Origin: Bacteroidota bacterium
Lineage (GTDB): Bacteria > Bacteroidota > Rhodothermia > Rhodothermales > JBCDJV01
Reading direction: 5' to 3'
Assembly (NCBI GenBank): GCA_038747425.1
Contig: JBCDJV010000010.1
Coordinates: 16,521 to 80,520 of the forward strand
Length of the DNA: 64,000 bases
The notes under the pieces were generated by a model. That model did not search any database. It was not told the DNA's origin and saw only the letters and a program-made list of their open reading frames with translations. This document shows, piece by piece, positions 62,581 through 64,000 of the stretch; positions within the stretch are counted from its first letter, which is position 1; each line of letters begins with the position of its first letter. The translations under genes were made by a program, and so were the position numbers.

Positions 62581-63327
62581 ATGATGACCATCAAAGCCGT
62601 CCTTTTTGATATGGACGGCGTCCTTGTCGATGTATCTCGTTCCTACCGTCGTGCTATCGAAGAGACCGCCACTCACTTTACGGGGCGTGACATCTCGGCG
62701 GGCACCGTGCAGCGCTATAAAAACCTGGGAGGCTTCAACGATGATTGGAAGCTGACCCACGCGCTGATCCATGATACCGGCATTCAGGTCCCGATGAGCC
62801 GCGTGATCGCCGAATTCCAGCGGCGCTACCGGGGTGACAACTGGGATGGGTTCATTGCCGAAGAGCCCGCTCTGGTGGAATCCACCACCCTCGACCGTCT
62901 GGCCTCGGGCCGCATCTTTGGCGTGGTCACTGGGCGCCCGGAGGCGGAGGCCCGCTGGACGCTCCAGCGCTTCGGCTGGGATGCGCGCTTCCCGCTCGTG
63001 GTGGCCCGCGAGCAGCAAGATGGTCGCAGCAAGCCGGACCCCTTCCCCCTACAGCGGGCCCTGTCTCTGTTGAATGCCGCCGGGCTCAACGTGCAGCCCC
63101 ACGAGGCCGTCTACGTGGGAGACACCGTGGACGACATGGAAGCCGCGCGCGCAGCCGGCCTGTGGGCCATCGGGCATGTGCCGCCCTACCTGGAGGCGGA
63201 AGCCCACATGGGTTTGCTCCGTGCCCGGGGCGCCCACGCCGTGGTGGCCACCATGGATGAGCTGCCTGGGGCGCTGGCCTCGCTGGCCGACCTGGCCGAG
63301 GCCGCCGTACCGGACACGGCGGGCTGA
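62581..63327 (+). CDS. HAD-superfamily hydrolase (phosphatase-like)
   Basis: Motif I VLFDMDGVLVD, motif II VVTGR, motif III K (SKPDP), motif IV VGDTVDDMEAA. Trimmed to ATG 62581. Confidence 0.85.
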   Translation: MMTIKAVLFDMDGVLVDVSRSYRRAIEETATHFTGRDISAGTVQRYKNLGGFNDDWKLTHALIHDTGIQVPMSRVIAEFQRRYRGDNWDGFIAEEPALVESTTLDRLASGRIFGVVTGRPEAEARWTLQRFGWDARFPLVVAREQQDGRSKPDPFPLQRALSLLNAAGLNVQPHEAVYVGDTVDDMEAARAAGLWAIGHVPPYLEAEAHMGLLRARGAHAVVATMDELPGALASLADLAEAAVPDTAG

Positions 63328-63479
63328 CGCAGCGCCCCCGCCCCCCGCTGACACCGTGCATGGACCACCCTCTTCAGGTCGGCCCAGGACCGGGGGCGCC
63401 GACAGCCTGGCGCCGTTGCCCTTGTGGTAGCGTGGAGCGTTCTTCTAGCGCCTCCTCCCCCTTGCCTTTCCTTCGTACC

Positions 63480-64000
63480 ATGCTTGCCCGCACGCCGTCC
63501 CGCCCTTATCTCATCCTCCTGCTGACCCTCTCCGTGATCGGGTGTGAGCCGGGGGCTACCCCCGCCACGAACCCAGAGCCCACGGCGGTGCAAGATCCGC
63601 CCGCTTGGCTGGACGGTACCGTCATCTACGAACTCTTCGTCCCGGACTTCACCGAAGAGGGTACGTTCCAGGCCATCATCCCGCGTCTGCCGGAGTTGCG
63701 TGCGCTGGGGGTGAACACGATCTGGCTGATGCCGATCCACCCCATCGGCGAGGTGGGGCGCAAAGGGGTGTTGGGATCGCCCTATGCCATCCGCGATTAC
63801 TACGCGGTCAACCCCGAGTACGGCACGGAGGACGACTTCCGGGCCCTGGTGGAGGCCACCCACGCCGCCGACATGCGCCTCATCATTGACTTCGTGGCCA
63901 ACCATACGGCGCCAGATAACGCCTGGGTAGCGGACCATCCCACCTGGTACACACAGGACGCCGAGGGCAACCCCATCGTACCGGCAGGCACCGATTGGAC
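63480..64000 (+). CDS. GH13 alpha-amylase-family lipoprotein, N-terminal fragment (runs off the window)
   Basis: Not in the ORF track because it has no stop. I translated it by hand from ATG 63480: lipobox LSVIGC, then YELFVPDFT ... LRALGVNTIWLMPIHP ... GSPYAIRDYYAVNPEYGT ... DFVANHTA (GH13 conserved region I). Confidence 0.85.
   Translation, partial: MLARTPSRPYLILLLTLSVIGCEPGATPATNPEPTAVQDPPAWLDGTVIYELFVPDFTEEGTFQAIIPRLPELRALGVNTIWLMPIHPIGEVGRKGVLGSPYAIRDYYAVNPEYGTEDDFRALVEATHAADMRLIIDFVANHTAPDNAWVADHPTWYTQDAEGNPIVPAGTDW

Overview
This is a GC-rich bacterial chromosomal segment, roughly two-thirds G+C by eye. It is densely coding, with about 50 protein genes in long co-directional runs. Many junctions show 1-4 nt start/stop overlaps (ATGA, GTGA, TGATG). 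A PorX-type receiver-PglZ regulator, a TonB-dependent receptor with a partner beta-propeller lipoprotein, and A/U-rich leaders without Shine-Dalgarno sequences suggest a high-GC Bacteroidota (Rhodothermia-like) organism; this is inference only.

Gene content, left to right:
- MTR-kinase-like phosphotransferase and a secreted ADP-ribosylglycohydrolase.
- Histidine kinase/CheY pair.
- A minus-strand run: type II haloacid dehalogenase, Uma2 endonuclease, esterase, arylsulfatase, 1023-aa BNR/Asp-box protein, ammonium transporter.
- CbpA-like DnaJ and biotin carboxylase.
- A dispersed carbamoyltransferase / SxtJ / DUF5989 (SxtI/J/K-like) set, interleaved with a TM+TPR protein and a beta-propeller lipoprotein.
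- A membrane-embedded AraC regulator, followed by a lipoprotein haloalkane-dehalogenase-like hydrolase, an LTXXQ protein and an RND efflux operon (OMF-MFP-RND).
- SGNH+TPR protein, pseudo-receiver, orphan ChlI-like AAA+ ATPase, GNAT, GT2, IlvE, GH5, YhhQ-type transporter, MarR.
- PhoR/PhoB-like two-component pair.
- A cobalamin-riboswitch-controlled TonB receptor / beta-propeller lipoprotein / BFD-like ferredoxin operon.
- DUF2268 protease, PstS-like protein, penicillin acylase, WG-repeat lipoprotein, PorX, TsaE, FolC.
- Rho with a roughly 220-aa Arg/Gly/Asn/Asp/Ser-rich insertion, a HAD hydrolase and a partial GH13 amylase.

I saw no rRNA, tRNA, CRISPR array, transposase, integrase or phage genes.

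The structure that gene calls do not explain is non-coding:
- Family A: short inverted-repeat (MITE/REP-like) elements with AGAGGCTGA termini.
- Family B: elements with GATGCGAATCA termini and a G-free (CACCATT)n heptad tail that abuts start codons.
- A duplicated 119-bp leader.
- A perfect 3 x 28-bp tandem repeat.
- An AT-rich palindromic island upstream of amt.

I found no canonical defence or secretion system. The best candidate for an uncharacterised functional module is the split SxtI/J/K-like carbamoyltransferase cluster with its lineage-specific envelope partners. All homology calls come from motif recognition by eye, not from database searches.
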